A stretch of 64,000 nt of DNA from Candidatus Latescibacterota bacterium (GCA_965208125.1 OZ242320.1:4448001-4512000); one strand, 5' to 3'. Shown: positions 17,164-27,911, counted from the first letter of the stretch. Translations and numbers: made by a program. Notes: a model not told the origin generated them from the sequence alone.

Positions 17164-20160
17164 ATGCCAGAACTCGATCCCATCACATTAAACGCACGCC
17201 AGCGCGAAGCCGTCACTGCGCCGATAGGTCCCGTTCTCGTGCTGGCGGGGCCAGGCACGGGGAAGACACGGGTACTGACCGAACGCATTGCGTATCTGGT
17301 CTCGCGTCGCGGCGTCCATCCGGAAAATATCCTAGCGCTTACATTTACAAATAAGGCCGCGGCAGAACTGCAAATCCGCTTATCGCGCACGTTGAGCAAA
17401 GAAACTGCGGAGGTTATTACCGCAGGTACATTTCACAGGTTTTGTATCTCAATTCTGCGTGAGCATCGAGAAAAGGTTGGGTTGCCGCCGCATTTTGGCA
17501 TTGCCGATGAAGACCTTCAGCGCACGCTGATCTATCGCGCATTTCCACGCTTGAATCCCAATGAAAGCAATTTGAATAATGTGATGCAAAATGTGAATCG
17601 CCTGAAGTGGCAGCGGCGATACAAGTCGCATGTTCCGATGAAAAAAGGGGATGCGGCATTGCTCGATCAGTACGAAGCTGAGCTTAAAAAAAACCGATTG
17701 ATCGATTTTGATGATCTCATCTTTCTCGCGCATGATTTGCTGCATTCGCATCGCCAGATTCTGTCGGATTACCGCGCGCAGTTTCAACACATCCTCGTCG
17801 ATGAGTTTCAAGATACCGATCCGGTTCAATACGCTCTCGTTTGTTTATTGGGCGCGGCTCATCGCAGTGTGTTTGTGGTTGCAGATGACGAGCAATCCAT
17901 TTATGGGTGGCGCTATGCCAGGCCAGAACATATCGAACAATTTCGGGATGACTTTCTCAAAGGTCGTTCACCCATTTTTCTGGAGGAAAATTATCGGTCA
18001 TCCGCAGAAATTTTGCGGTTGGCGCGCGTGTTTATCGCCAATAACGACGTGTTGTTTGAACGCAGCATCCATACCCAGAGATCGGGACACCGCGTGCGGG
18101 GACTGGCTTTTGACACATTTGAGGAAGAGGGACAGTTTATTGCGGGCGATATCTGGGATCGCATCCGGGAAACACCCGATCTGATCCACCGGGATATTGC
18201 GGTGCTTTATCCCCAACATGCAATAGGCAGCGAACTCGAGCGCATTTTTATGCGCGCCAATGTACCTTGTCTGATGGCTCATCGCAGGGGCTTGTTTGAC
18301 CAGCCCGTGATCCGCCGCGCTCTGTCTGTGTTGCGCTATGCTCTCGATGGCGCAAATGACGCGAGCCTGGAGTTGTTTTTGCGACGCGAACTCGAAGCGG
18401 TAGATCCCAAATTATACCCGGCGGTGCGGGGATTTCAGAAACAAAAAAATATTGGGAGTTTCAAACAGGCTGCTTTTCTGTATCCGCGAACGGTTTCGGA
18501 AGAAGAGGGCGTGGAGGTGGAACGCGCCCTGGGGCTGGCAGGTGTGGTACACAATGCCGTGCAAAGAGGCGCGGTCGCATCTTTGCCCCATCTGGTGGAT
18601 GATATTCTGGATCAATTGAATACATCGGAGTTGCCATCCCTGAAAAATCATCTTGATGATATTGTAGATCCGCTCGAACTTTCGGGACTCGATACTGTGC
18701 TGAATCGCGTGTTGCCGCTCTGGCGCAGGGGCGGTACCTTATATGTAGCGTGTCGAGATGAGGTGCTGCGACATATGCTCACAACTCTGATCCGGGATGC
18801 ACTGGCGCGGCCGGGTCTTATTATACGAGAGGCTGTGTCTGGCAGTCGATTGGATGTTTTATCCGATACTCTGGTTTTGTCATTTGACGAAGATCCACCT
18901 AAGACCCCCGAACACTTTTTACATTTGGGAGGCATGGCGTGTGGTGCGATGCTCGCTGCTCTCAAATTGTGTCAGGCGATCCGTTGCGCAGATTTGCCAG
19001 CGTATATGCCGGAATACACTACATTTGCGCTGGAAACCGAGAGTGATGATCCCGAGCATGCACAAATTACGGGTCTGGGGGCTGTGCGCGTGCGAGATGG
19101 GCGCGTTGTCGATACATTTTATTCGCCCGTGCGCCTGCGAGAAGACAAAGGCACGGTTCCTACATTTCAGGAAATTTATCTCGCGTTTCAGGCGTTTGTC
19201 GGTATTGATATTCTGGTCGCACACAATGGCTATGCGTTCGATTTTCAGGTTTTGCACCGCGAAGCCCGTCGCAATGGCAGGTCTCGCATGCCCAATCCGA
19301 CGGTTGATATATTGCCTATGGCGCGAAGCTATGGCGCGACCACTGTACGCGATCTGCGTCCTCTTTGCGAGCGATATGATATTGCGTCAGATTCAAGTGA
19401 TCCGCCAGCACTCGCACGGGCATTAGCCTTGTATCGCGTGTTTGAATCTATGAAAAAAGAACGCGCCTCTCGCTACCGGTGCATGACGCATGAACGCCTT
19501 TTGGATCACGTTGCTCTGGGCTTGCTTTTTCGCACGCGCGATGGGGTAAGGAATTCGGAATTTTCCCGCGAAGAACACGTGCATTTCAATCTGGGGGCGC
19601 AGCGTCTTTTGGGGCCGGCCAATTTGTGTATTCGCAATCTCGTGCAGCACTACCCTCGATTGGATGCCGACCGGCTGCGGGGACAGACGCGGATGTTGCT
19701 CGGCGAAGATCCTCGTCCCGATGTGCTCGCATTGCACGCTCCCGATCAGATTCAGCGCTTTCGCGATCTGTGCGAACGCCACGGTGCCGCCGCGCCATCT
19801 CTTCAGGAGGGCATTCGCAATTTGCTCGATTTTGCCGATCTCTACAAAGTGGAATTGGATACCCCAGACCGCGATGCCGTGCATTTGCTGACGTTGCATG
19901 CGGCAAAGGGGCTTGAGTTTCGAGAGGTCTATATTTGCGGCCTCGAAGATCGCATTTTGCCCAATGCACGCGCCCTGAACAGTGCAGATTTAGCCGAACA
20001 GCGTCGGTTGTTGTACGTGGGGATCACCCGCGCGATGGATCGCCTCACGCTTTCCTGCGTGCGTCATCGTCCAGGTAGAAATATGGCGCCTTCTCGATTT
20101 TGGGATGAACTCGGTTTAGAACGCGATGATCGCGGGGTGGATGCCGCTCCAACGGCGTGA
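17164..20160 (+). CDS. UvrD/PcrA-family helicase with an inserted degenerate DEDDh exonuclease domain
   Basis: AGPGTGKT, TFTNKAA, VDEFQDT, DDEQSIYGWR, ENYRS, TLHAAKGLEF, RRLLYVGITRA. The insert carries FALET...VAHNGYAFD. Confidence 0.9.
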   Translation: MPELDPITLNARQREAVTAPIGPVLVLAGPGTGKTRVLTERIAYLVSRRGVHPENILALTFTNKAAAELQIRLSRTLSKETAEVITAGTFHRFCISILREHREKVGLPPHFGIADEDLQRTLIYRAFPRLNPNESNLNNVMQNVNRLKWQRRYKSHVPMKKGDAALLDQYEAELKKNRLIDFDDLIFLAHDLLHSHRQILSDYRAQFQHILVDEFQDTDPVQYALVCLLGAAHRSVFVVADDEQSIYGWRYARPEHIEQFRDDFLKGRSPIFLEENYRSSAEILRLARVFIANNDVLFERSIHTQRSGHRVRGLAFDTFEEEGQFIAGDIWDRIRETPDLIHRDIAVLYPQHAIGSELERIFMRANVPCLMAHRRGLFDQPVIRRALSVLRYALDGANDASLELFLRRELEAVDPKLYPAVRGFQKQKNIGSFKQAAFLYPRTVSEEEGVEVERALGLAGVVHNAVQRGAVASLPHLVDDILDQLNTSELPSLKNHLDDIVDPLELSGLDTVLNRVLPLWRRGGTLYVACRDEVLRHMLTTLIRDALARPGLIIREAVSGSRLDVLSDTLVLSFDEDPPKTPEHFLHLGGMACGAMLAALKLCQAIRCADLPAYMPEYTTFALETESDDPEHAQITGLGAVRVRDGRVVDTFYSPVRLREDKGTVPTFQEIYLAFQAFVGIDILVAHNGYAFDFQVLHREARRNGRSRMPNPTVDILPMARSYGATTVRDLRPLCERYDIASDSSDPPALARALALYRVFESMKKERASRYRCMTHERLLDHVALGLLFRTRDGVRNSEFSREEHVHFNLGAQRLLGPANLCIRNLVQHYPRLDADRLRGQTRMLLGEDPRPDVLALHAPDQIQRFRDLCERHGAAAPSLQEGIRNLLDFADLYKVELDTPDRDAVHLLTLHAAKGLEFREVYICGLEDRILPNARALNSADLAEQRRLLYVGITRAMDRLTLSCVRHRPGRNMAPSRFWDELGLERDDRGVDAAPTA

Positions 20161-20182
20161 AATTTCTTTTTTTATTTTGCCA

Positions 20183-20974
20183 ATGAGAAAAAACAAAGTT
20201 TATTTTATTTCTGACGCGCATATAGGTGGGGGCAGATATATCCGTCCACCGCGCGTTCGGGAAGACGCGCTGATCGATTTTCTACGCGCTATTCGCAAAG
20301 ATGCCGAATGTCTGTATATTGTGGGGGATTTGTTCGATTTTTGGTTTGAATATCGGTCTGTTATTCCCGCACATGGCGCGCGTGTGATCTTTGAGCTCTA
20401 TTATCTCGTTCAAAGTGGAACGCGCGTCATTTATCTGCCGGGCAATCACGATAGCTGGCTGGGAGACTATTTATCAGAGCAGGTGGGGGCGGAGCTTCCC
20501 GGGCCTTTTTGCGACGTCGTACACCAGAATCGCCGTTTGTATGTGACACACGGCGATGTTTTTCAGCAAAATTGGAAATTTGAGTTGCGACGGCGCATTT
20601 TGAAGCATCCACTTTGCATCGCCCTGTTTCGGTGGTTACATCCAGATATCGGCGCTTATCTGGCGCGTATTGTGTCGCGGTCTTCAGACGTTGGTATGAA
20701 GAAAGGGACTCGAAAGACCAAGAAAACATATCTGCCTTTATATTTTATTAAAAGCGCGACAGAGAAATTTGCTGAGGGATTTGATTTTGTGATTTGTGGA
20801 CACTATCACGCGCTGCGTGTTGAGCCGATGGACGGCGGGACACTTGTTGTGTTGGGCGATTGGCTGAGATACGACGCTTATGCTGTGCTCGAAAATGGCG
20901 AGATTGTATTAAAACACTGGCATACAGCACCAGAAAAGCCGCTGTTGACTGCTGATACAGGAGAGCGCAAATGA
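20183..20974 (+). CDS. lpxH: UDP-2,3-diacylglucosamine diphosphatase (LpxH-like metallophosphoesterase)
   Basis: FISDAHIG, GDLFDFW, GNHD, THGD, GHYH, LGDW. Confidence 0.8.
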   Translation: MRKNKVYFISDAHIGGGRYIRPPRVREDALIDFLRAIRKDAECLYIVGDLFDFWFEYRSVIPAHGARVIFELYYLVQSGTRVIYLPGNHDSWLGDYLSEQVGAELPGPFCDVVHQNRRLYVTHGDVFQQNWKFELRRRILKHPLCIALFRWLHPDIGAYLARIVSRSSDVGMKKGTRKTKKTYLPLYFIKSATEKFAEGFDFVICGHYHALRVEPMDGGTLVVLGDWLRYDAYAVLENGEIVLKHWHTAPEKPLLTADTGERK

Positions 20975-22449
20975 TTTTGAGTATTGATCAGGGCACTACG
21001 GGAACAACTGCGTTGGTGTTGGATTCCCAGGGAGAAATTTTGGGACGGGGATATTCGGAATTTCGACAAATTTTTCCGCGTCCCGGGTGGGTATCGCACG
21101 ACGCAACGGAGATATGGGATACGACACTGAAAGTTATTGGCATTGCGGTAACAGAGGCAGGGATAGATGCCTCGGATATAAAGGGTATTGGTATTGCCAA
21201 TCAGCGCGAGACAACTGTCTTGTGGGACCGGAGAACGGGTGAACCTGTTCACGATGCGATTGTCTGGCAGTGCCGACGCACAGCGGATTTGTGTGCCCAA
21301 TACCGCGCAGATGGTCTGGAAGATCTGGTGCGCGAAAAGACGGGGTTGGTGATTGACGCTTATTTTTCGGCGAGTAAGATTGCGTGGTTACTCGATCGCA
21401 TCTATGGCCTGCGCGAGGGGGCAGAGCAGGGTGAGGTGTGTTTTGGCACTGTGGATAGTTTTTTGTTGTACAAACTCACGGGGGGGGCTGTTCACGCGAC
21501 CGATTATACCAATGCATCTCGCACGATGATTTACAATATTCACAAGAGGAAGTGGGATGGCGAGTTGTTGGAGATTTTTGATATTCCCGAAGGCATACTC
21601 CCCGAAGTGCGATCATCGGCAGGTGACTTTGGGACGACTGTGGATTTGGACATCTTGCCTGCGGGGATTCCCATTGGGGGAATTGCGGGCGATCAGCAAG
21701 CCGCGCTTTTTGGGCAACGGGGCGTTTTCAAAGGTGATATTAAAAATACGTATGGCACAGGGTGTTTTACACTTTTTCAAACGGGTAATCGGGCTGTACA
21801 ATCCGCGCATGGTCTGTTGACGACGCTTGCATGTGGACCTTCTGGGCGCGTATCTCACGCGCTTGAGGGCGCGGTGTTCAGCGCTGGTGCGACGGTTCAA
21901 TGGTTGCGCGATGGTCTGGGGATTGTTGATACAGCCGCTGAGACCGAGGCCTGGTCCCAGGCGATAGACGATACGGGTGGCGTGTATTTCGTTCCAGCAT
22001 TTACTGGCCTGGGCGCGCCGCACTGGGATGCGGATGCGCGGGGGACGATTGTGGGGCTTACGCGCGGCACCGGATGCGCACATCTCATCCGTGCGGCACT
22101 GGAGTCCATTGCCTATCAGTCCGCCGATCTCGTCCATGCGATGGCCGCCGATGCAGGGCAGTCTGTGACGAGTTTGCGCGTGGATGGGGGGGCTGTGGTG
22201 AATGATTTTTTGATGCAGTTTCAAGCGGATATTCTGGATGTGCCGGTGATTCGTCCAAAGTACGTGGAGACGACTGCATTGGGGGCAGGGATGCTGGCGG
22301 GATTGGCAACGGGCGTGTGGGATGATGCTGGCGCGCTTGCAGATATTAACCCACCGCAACGCACCTTTGAGCCTGCGATGTCGCAAGACCGCCGGAAAGC
22401 ATTGCTGGCGGGCTGGCACAAAGCAGTGGAGCGAACCCTGTTGGCATAA
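20971..22449 (+). CDS. glpK: Glycerol kinase
   Basis: IDQGTT, NQRETT, WQCRRT, DAYFSASK, TNASRT, GDQQAALFGQ, KNTYGTGCF. Confidence 0.96.
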   Translation: MILSIDQGTTGTTALVLDSQGEILGRGYSEFRQIFPRPGWVSHDATEIWDTTLKVIGIAVTEAGIDASDIKGIGIANQRETTVLWDRRTGEPVHDAIVWQCRRTADLCAQYRADGLEDLVREKTGLVIDAYFSASKIAWLLDRIYGLREGAEQGEVCFGTVDSFLLYKLTGGAVHATDYTNASRTMIYNIHKRKWDGELLEIFDIPEGILPEVRSSAGDFGTTVDLDILPAGIPIGGIAGDQQAALFGQRGVFKGDIKNTYGTGCFTLFQTGNRAVQSAHGLLTTLACGPSGRVSHALEGAVFSAGATVQWLRDGLGIVDTAAETEAWSQAIDDTGGVYFVPAFTGLGAPHWDADARGTIVGLTRGTGCAHLIRAALESIAYQSADLVHAMAADAGQSVTSLRVDGGAVVNDFLMQFQADILDVPVIRPKYVETTALGAGMLAGLATGVWDDAGALADINPPQRTFEPAMSQDRRKALLAGWHKAVERTLLA

Positions 22450-22462
22450 CCTGTAGGCATTC

Positions 22463-23629
22463 TTATCGTATTTGTTTCAAATAGGCAAGATGGGTTTGGG
22501 CGGCTTTGTTTTCAGGATCAATGGCGAGTATATCGCGGTAGTGCTGACAGGCTACCGCGATATCGTTTTTTTGTTCAGCAATGATGGCCAATCCGTGTAG
22601 AATGCGGGTATTTTTCGGGCGCTGTTCTCGAATGTGCTGCAGCAGTATTTCAATATCATCAATATAGTCGGGATAATGCAGTGGATCATTATTTTTTTGG
22701 GACAATACCAGGAGATTTAACAACGGATTCACACTGCCTGCAGCGCCACTGCCTCGACGCGGTTTGAGATCAATTTTATCCCCAATTTCGGGAAGGCTGA
22801 GAACAACGGCTTCAATCAAGGATTCTGCCGCTTCATCTAACCGATCCAGTTCGATTAAAACATTACCTCGGTTATAATGCACAGCGAGGTTATCGGGCAC
22901 CAGTTCGGATAAGATATCGTAAATCCTCAGTTCCTGTTCAGAATTTTCTGTCTCGGCCAAATGTTCAGCCCGATCGTAGAGTTGCTCAATTTTAGTATGA
23001 TTTCTATCCACGATCTCTTGTGCTTGCTTCTCACATTCTGGATGTACCAGCAAGACGAGTTGTCCCTTTTGATCTTGTGAAAACAGGGGCGTTTTGACAG
23101 TGTGCAAAATGTCGCTCAATTCCGAAATAATTTTGTTCAAAAACGCAGGGGATCGCGATTGAAAAATGGGTTTCCAGGTATTGAGATCATGCGATACATC
23201 AACCGTCCACGATTCGAGAGATAAAAAACGTCTGAGTGTTGACTTCAACTGTTCTGTGGTTTGAAAAAAAAACGACGTTAAGTAACCATCTTCTACATAG
23301 TGGTGAACGAGCCATTGACGGTATTCGCGCTGAATAACCCAGGCGTTCTCCATGCAATTGGTGAGCGTGAGAATCGACCAGAGCGGAATATCCGAATGTA
23401 CTTTTGCCAGTGCCTGATCAATGGTACACGGCTCACCTTCCTCATCATCTTGAGCCAGGTAGATATCATCGATAAAGTTTTCAATGGACAATGCGCGTTT
23501 TTCTCGTTCACTTTCTGCAATAACGAGAAAAGTCTCCTGGAAATTTTTTCGGTCAGTCGTCAGTGTGCGCACAAGTTCCCGATCGCTCATCACAGCACAC
23601 TGCTGTATAACCCGATCACTCATGTTCAT
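22463..23629 (-). CDS. TPR-containing hypothetical protein
   Basis: C-terminal TPR-like repeats (VHYNRGNVLIEL; HYRDILAIDPEN). ATG at 23629 chosen to pack after the upstream small ORF; the longest ORF starts at 23713. Confidence 0.7.
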   Translation of the reverse strand: MNMSDRVIQQCAVMSDRELVRTLTTDRKNFQETFLVIAESEREKRALSIENFIDDIYLAQDDEEGEPCTIDQALAKVHSDIPLWSILTLTNCMENAWVIQREYRQWLVHHYVEDGYLTSFFFQTTEQLKSTLRRFLSLESWTVDVSHDLNTWKPIFQSRSPAFLNKIISELSDILHTVKTPLFSQDQKGQLVLLVHPECEKQAQEIVDRNHTKIEQLYDRAEHLAETENSEQELRIYDILSELVPDNLAVHYNRGNVLIELDRLDEAAESLIEAVVLSLPEIGDKIDLKPRRGSGAAGSVNPLLNLLVLSQKNNDPLHYPDYIDDIEILLQHIREQRPKNTRILHGLAIIAEQKNDIAVACQHYRDILAIDPENKAAQTHLAYLKQIR

Positions 23630-23633
23630 AAAC

Positions 23634-23852
23634 TCAACGGTGATATGCTCGCAAAGACAAACGCTTTCGCGGTCGTTGGAAGCCTGTGGGGTTTTCAGAT
23701 ACACTAACGTCATTGCGCATCTTGCGGCTGAGCTTGCGAATTAGATGAACACCCCACCAGATTATCGCCCCGATTACGGCCAGTACCATCCCTATGCTGC
23801 GACCACTGGCACTTTCAAGGGTCTTAAGCAAACTGTTAATCAGATCTTCCAC
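23634..23852 (-). CDS. Small single-TM hypothetical protein
   Basis: 72 aa with one hydrophobic helix. Fills the gap between purC and the TPR gene. Confidence 0.5.
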   Translation of the reverse strand: MEDLINSLLKTLESASGRSIGMVLAVIGAIIWWGVHLIRKLSRKMRNDVSVSENPTGFQRPRKRLSLRAYHR

Positions 23853-23867
23853 TGTTGATCGCTTCTT

Positions 23868-24833
23868 TTAAAAGTACGGCGCAATATTGTTTTCGATGCG
23901 CTCGAGTATGGGCGTATCATCCACTTCGGTTTCAAATGGTTCGCCTGTTACGCGCTCGAACAGGTCGATGTATCGCGCGGAGACTTGTGTGCGAATTTCG
24001 TCATCCAATTCGGGAATATTATCGTCGGAAATTCCCTTATCCACGAGCCAGAGACGCAAAAATTCTTTGTCCAGGCTTTCGGGTTCTTCGCCACGCGCAT
24101 GGAGGTCTTCATAAGAGTCCAGGATCCAGTAGCGCGAAGAGTCGGGCGTGTGAATCTCATCGGCAACGGTCAGATTGCCCTCTGGGTCCAGTCCCATTTC
24201 GTATTTTGTATCCACGAGAATCAAACCGCGCTGTGCTGCCAGTTCTGTACCGCGGGCGAATAATTCCAGAGCTACTTTCTCGACTTCTGCCCATCTTTCT
24301 GCATCGACCAGACCGCGTTCGACAATTTCCTCTGGCGAGATCGATTCGTCGTGATCTTCTGCTTTTGTGGTCGGCGTAATAATCGCTTCCTCAAATTTTT
24401 GATTTTTCACCATGCCATCGGGCAAATCTACGCCGCAGAATTTCCGTACACCGTTATTGTAATTCGTCCATACCGAGGTGTCTGTGCTGCCGGTCAGGTA
24501 CCGCCGCACGACGATTTCGACGAGTAACATATCGAGTTCTCGCGCAACCGTCACATTGGGGTCGGGTACGTCGAGCACCTGATTGGGTACGATATCTGCG
24601 GTCTGATCAAACCAGTATTTTGCCGTTTTGTTCAATACCTGTCCCTTCAGGGGGATCGCACCGAGTACATGGTCAAACGCACTTTGTCGATCTGTGGTGA
24701 TGAGAATGCGCTTGTCTTCGAGCAGATAGATGTCCCGCACTTTCCCCTTTTGGTAATGATTCGACCAACGGTCAAATTTTGCTTCCAACAAACAGTTATT
24801 CAGTTGTGAACGGATTTGTGCTTGAGAGATCAT
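23868..24833 (-). CDS. purC: Phosphoribosylaminoimidazole-succinocarboxamide synthase
   Basis: GKVRDIY, TDRQSAFD, KGQVLN, TPTTK, LVDTKYEMG, DEIHTPDSSRYW, DKEFLR. Confidence 0.97.
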   Translation of the reverse strand: MISQAQIRSQLNNCLLEAKFDRWSNHYQKGKVRDIYLLEDKRILITTDRQSAFDHVLGAIPLKGQVLNKTAKYWFDQTADIVPNQVLDVPDPNVTVARELDMLLVEIVVRRYLTGSTDTSVWTNYNNGVRKFCGVDLPDGMVKNQKFEEAIITPTTKAEDHDESISPEEIVERGLVDAERWAEVEKVALELFARGTELAAQRGLILVDTKYEMGLDPEGNLTVADEIHTPDSSRYWILDSYEDLHARGEEPESLDKEFLRLWLVDKGISDDNIPELDDEIRTQVSARYIDLFERVTGEPFETEVDDTPILERIENNIAPYF

Positions 24834-24869
24834 GAATACACTCCTTGGAAAAAATTATTTATGGTTGCT

Positions 24870-26858
24870 TTAAGCCGCGCGGAAATGTACGGCGTGGCCC
24901 CTTTCTGGAAACCAGATTATATCCAGCATCATCGACAGGGCTACGCCCAGGACATAGCCGACGAGCAAACCGATGAAAAAGGGACGCGATTTGTGATAGA
25001 CAGAGGGACCGCCCACTTTGAGCATCACCAGCTTAATCAGCCAGGCGATAAATAATGTGAAACTGCTGGCGCGAATCAATGGCGTTCCAGAAAGCGCGAG
25101 GCCCACCGGGTGCAGGGGCCACCACACAAACCGATGGCGCATAAAAATGAGGCCAACCATCGCCAAGCCGCCTATGCCGAAAAAGGCCAGATTTTCGGGG
25201 TTATCCACGTAAAAGGGCGGATTGTCGGCATTCTTGACCGCGTTGGCGGAATTCCTAAAATAATTGCGCGCGCTTCTGGGAATCTCGGCGACATTAAAAT
25301 TAAACGCGCCTTCATTATAGCCCAGGTTCAAAGTGAGAAAGATGCTCGTCACAAAACTTACCGCAAAAGCCATATAAAGCGCGGCTATCAATTTGCGGCG
25401 GTTATCGGTGATGCCTTCAGACAACTTACCGACCTGTGCGGTCGCTGGTAAAAACAAGCCTTTGGCATTTCCCGTAATCAAATTGGCAAAGCGAAACGCC
25501 ACATGTGTGGTGGGTGGAATCCCGACATTACCGAAAAAGGGCGCCACATAATTCCACGCAATTCCCGGTATCTGTGTGTAGGGCATGCCAGTGTCTGACA
25601 GAATTTTCGCCATCCCAATATATCCACACACACACGCCATCAGCAGAAGGGCACTGATGATGGGATCCATGTTCATCTGCATCATCCAGATAAACAAAAA
25701 CGCGAGGCCCGCCACCACACCGACCACGGCGGCGCGATAGGACAATAGCTCATCGCGGTCATCTATGCTGTCGTCTTTGCCAAGGGCTTTCATTATCACA
25801 TCTCGCAAATGCAGTCGCGCTACCCAGAACATCGAAATCACCAGCACGACAAACGCTCCGCGCGTCTGCCATTGGTACACGCCGCGATAGGCAGCAGGGA
25901 CCATGGATTTATATCCCAACTTATTGAGCCAGCCGCCTTCGACAATGAAGAGGAGATCGAATACCCACAAACTGAGCAACACATCAAGGCTGGCAAAATA
26001 AGAAAAGAAGATGGAAAACAAGCCCACCGATGCCCGAATGCGCGGGAATTGAGGATCTATGATATGCCATCTGCCGCCGTGAATGGGAAAGCGCGGGAAA
26101 TTTGGCAAAAAATAATTGATACAATTCCAGGCGATCATGCAAAATGCCAGGGCGAATCCAATCCAGAACAGGCGATTGTACATAAAGCCCGGCAATGCGC
26201 ATTTATCGCCTCCCGGTTCGGACATCATATTGATCAGAGGGGCCATGGCCGGATATGCCAGGCGTTCGTTTTGCACCCACTGTTTTCTAAAGATGACGCC
26301 TATACAGACCAGTACCACAAATGCCGCCGTAAAGGCCATGAACCACCAGAACAGCGGCAGAACCCATATATCCCAGGGGATGGGTGCGCCTTCGGGACGG
26401 CCTTCAAAAAACCAGGCGATTCCATTGCCATCATTGGTGGGGATTAAAAAATCGGGCAGATGTGGGTGCAGTAATTCGGCCCAGTTGTTGTCTTCGGTTG
26501 CATAAAAATAAGGCGCGGAAATATACCCGATCAAAAATCCTGTACTGCCCCAGATCGGCATGGTTGCACCCACGAGGCCCATCGACAAAATTGTGTGCCA
26601 TTCTCCGGATTGAAGTGAGAATCGCGCAAGCCTGCCCATTATTGCGATCGCGATGAGCATGGTAATAAACACGATGAGCATGGCCATTGGAATGTGCGAT
26701 AGTACCATGCGCGAGCCGTGATAATAAAACCGAACATAGACCGCTATCACATCCAGCAGTACCACCAGGAGCAGCCCCAGACCGATGGCCCGCGGCGTAA
26801 TACCCCCGCGAGGGGATTGTTCGGCCTCGCGTTCAATATTTGGTACTTGTGTTGCCAT
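24870..26858 (-). CDS. Multi-pass membrane protein, DUF6785 / OPT-like putative peptide transporter
   Basis: 662 aa with many TM helices. RKQWVQNERLAYP, WWPLHPVG and PFFIGL motifs. Confidence 0.7.
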   Translation of the reverse strand: MATQVPNIEREAEQSPRGGITPRAIGLGLLLVVLLDVIAVYVRFYYHGSRMVLSHIPMAMLIVFITMLIAIAIMGRLARFSLQSGEWHTILSMGLVGATMPIWGSTGFLIGYISAPYFYATEDNNWAELLHPHLPDFLIPTNDGNGIAWFFEGRPEGAPIPWDIWVLPLFWWFMAFTAAFVVLVCIGVIFRKQWVQNERLAYPAMAPLINMMSEPGGDKCALPGFMYNRLFWIGFALAFCMIAWNCINYFLPNFPRFPIHGGRWHIIDPQFPRIRASVGLFSIFFSYFASLDVLLSLWVFDLLFIVEGGWLNKLGYKSMVPAAYRGVYQWQTRGAFVVLVISMFWVARLHLRDVIMKALGKDDSIDDRDELLSYRAAVVGVVAGLAFLFIWMMQMNMDPIISALLLMACVCGYIGMAKILSDTGMPYTQIPGIAWNYVAPFFGNVGIPPTTHVAFRFANLITGNAKGLFLPATAQVGKLSEGITDNRRKLIAALYMAFAVSFVTSIFLTLNLGYNEGAFNFNVAEIPRSARNYFRNSANAVKNADNPPFYVDNPENLAFFGIGGLAMVGLIFMRHRFVWWPLHPVGLALSGTPLIRASSFTLFIAWLIKLVMLKVGGPSVYHKSRPFFIGLLVGYVLGVALSMMLDIIWFPERGHAVHFRAA

Positions 26859-26879
26859 TCGGTGTTCCTTAAAAAAAAT

Positions 26880-27003
26880 TCAGCGAATCAACGAATCAAC
26901 GAACTCCACCCATCCCCCCAAAGGCAGTGTGCATTGCCATTCGTCTATTCGTCTATGAACTGACCTGAGAGGCGGCCAGTTGTACCCCGCTCCGTCTATT
27001 CGC
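26880..27003. repeat. Intergenic octamer tandem repeats in inverted arrangement
   Basis: gcgaatca acgaatca acgaa, then ttcgtcta ttcgtcta, and later ccgtcta ttcg. Confidence 0.55.
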
Positions 27004-27008
27004 GCTTT

Positions 27009-27743
27009 TTACAGTGCGTGTCCGCGTAAAACCTCGCGGCATTGTCCCTCACTATTGCCCGTCACATTATAGGCAAAAGTATTCATGCGGCGATCTCGAT
27101 GCGATGTGTTTGGTCCCGATCCGTGAATGGTCAAGGCACTGAAAAACACGCCATCACCCGGTTCCATCGGAACGGGCACCGCGTCTTCTCGCTCGCGATA
27201 GTGCCCCGGCAAAAATACGCCAAAACTCATTTGTGCACGTTCGTGTTCTTGCAGACCCCATTTCTGGCTGCCGGGGATGAACTGAATACATCCATTTTCA
27301 TCATCTGCGCCGTCAATGGCGAGTTGACAATTTACCATCAAGGGCCGATTGTCTTCGCGTTTCCAATACGCGTAATCCTGATGCCAGGGTATTGCCGTGC
27401 CATCGCGCGCGGCTTTCATCAATAGCTTGCTGTGATACAATGAGATATTCGGCCCGATCAGTGTCTCTATAATATCCAACATATCATCGCAGCGCAATGC
27501 GCGATTTAACCCCTCGCAGATCACTTCGCTGTGCATCAACTGTCGGATGCGCCTGGGCAGGTGTTCATCCTCAAATTCTTCCCATGAGATTCCGACTCTG
27601 TCGGGCGTGTTTTCTGCCATTCGCTCGTGCAAGTCCGCAATTTCGCGTTCGATATGCGAAATTTCACAGGATGGAATCAATCCCTTTTTCAACACATATC
27701 CGTTTTTGTCGTAAAATGCCTTTTCTGCATCCGTTAGCCCCAT
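27009..27743 (-). CDS. Phytanoyl-CoA dioxygenase (PhyH) family protein
   Basis: FYDKNGY, PWHQDYAYW (HxD), IPGS, IHGSGPN...RR. ATG at 27743 has an AAGGAG RBS. Confidence 0.92.
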   Translation of the reverse strand: MGLTDAEKAFYDKNGYVLKKGLIPSCEISHIEREIADLHERMAENTPDRVGISWEEFEDEHLPRRIRQLMHSEVICEGLNRALRCDDMLDIIETLIGPNISLYHSKLLMKAARDGTAIPWHQDYAYWKREDNRPLMVNCQLAIDGADDENGCIQFIPGSQKWGLQEHERAQMSFGVFLPGHYREREDAVPVPMEPGDGVFFSALTIHGSGPNTSHRDRRMNTFAYNVTGNSEGQCREVLRGHAL

Positions 27744-27882
27744 TGGACACTCCTTTGTAGTTTCAACCAGCATCTAATTTACAAATTATGACACGCTCTT
27801 GCAAAATCAATTATATTTATAGGGTGGAAATTAGAAATAGGGAACAGAAAGAGAATGATTAACGTCATAATAAACTGATGTG

Positions 27883-27911
27883 TTTTACCCCATGTATGCT
27901 CTGGGGTAAAA
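27883..27911. promoter_or_regulatory. 10-bp perfect inverted repeat upstream of the propeller cluster (possible operator or hairpin)
   Basis: TTTTACCCCA-N9-TGGGGTAAAA. Confidence 0.5.
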
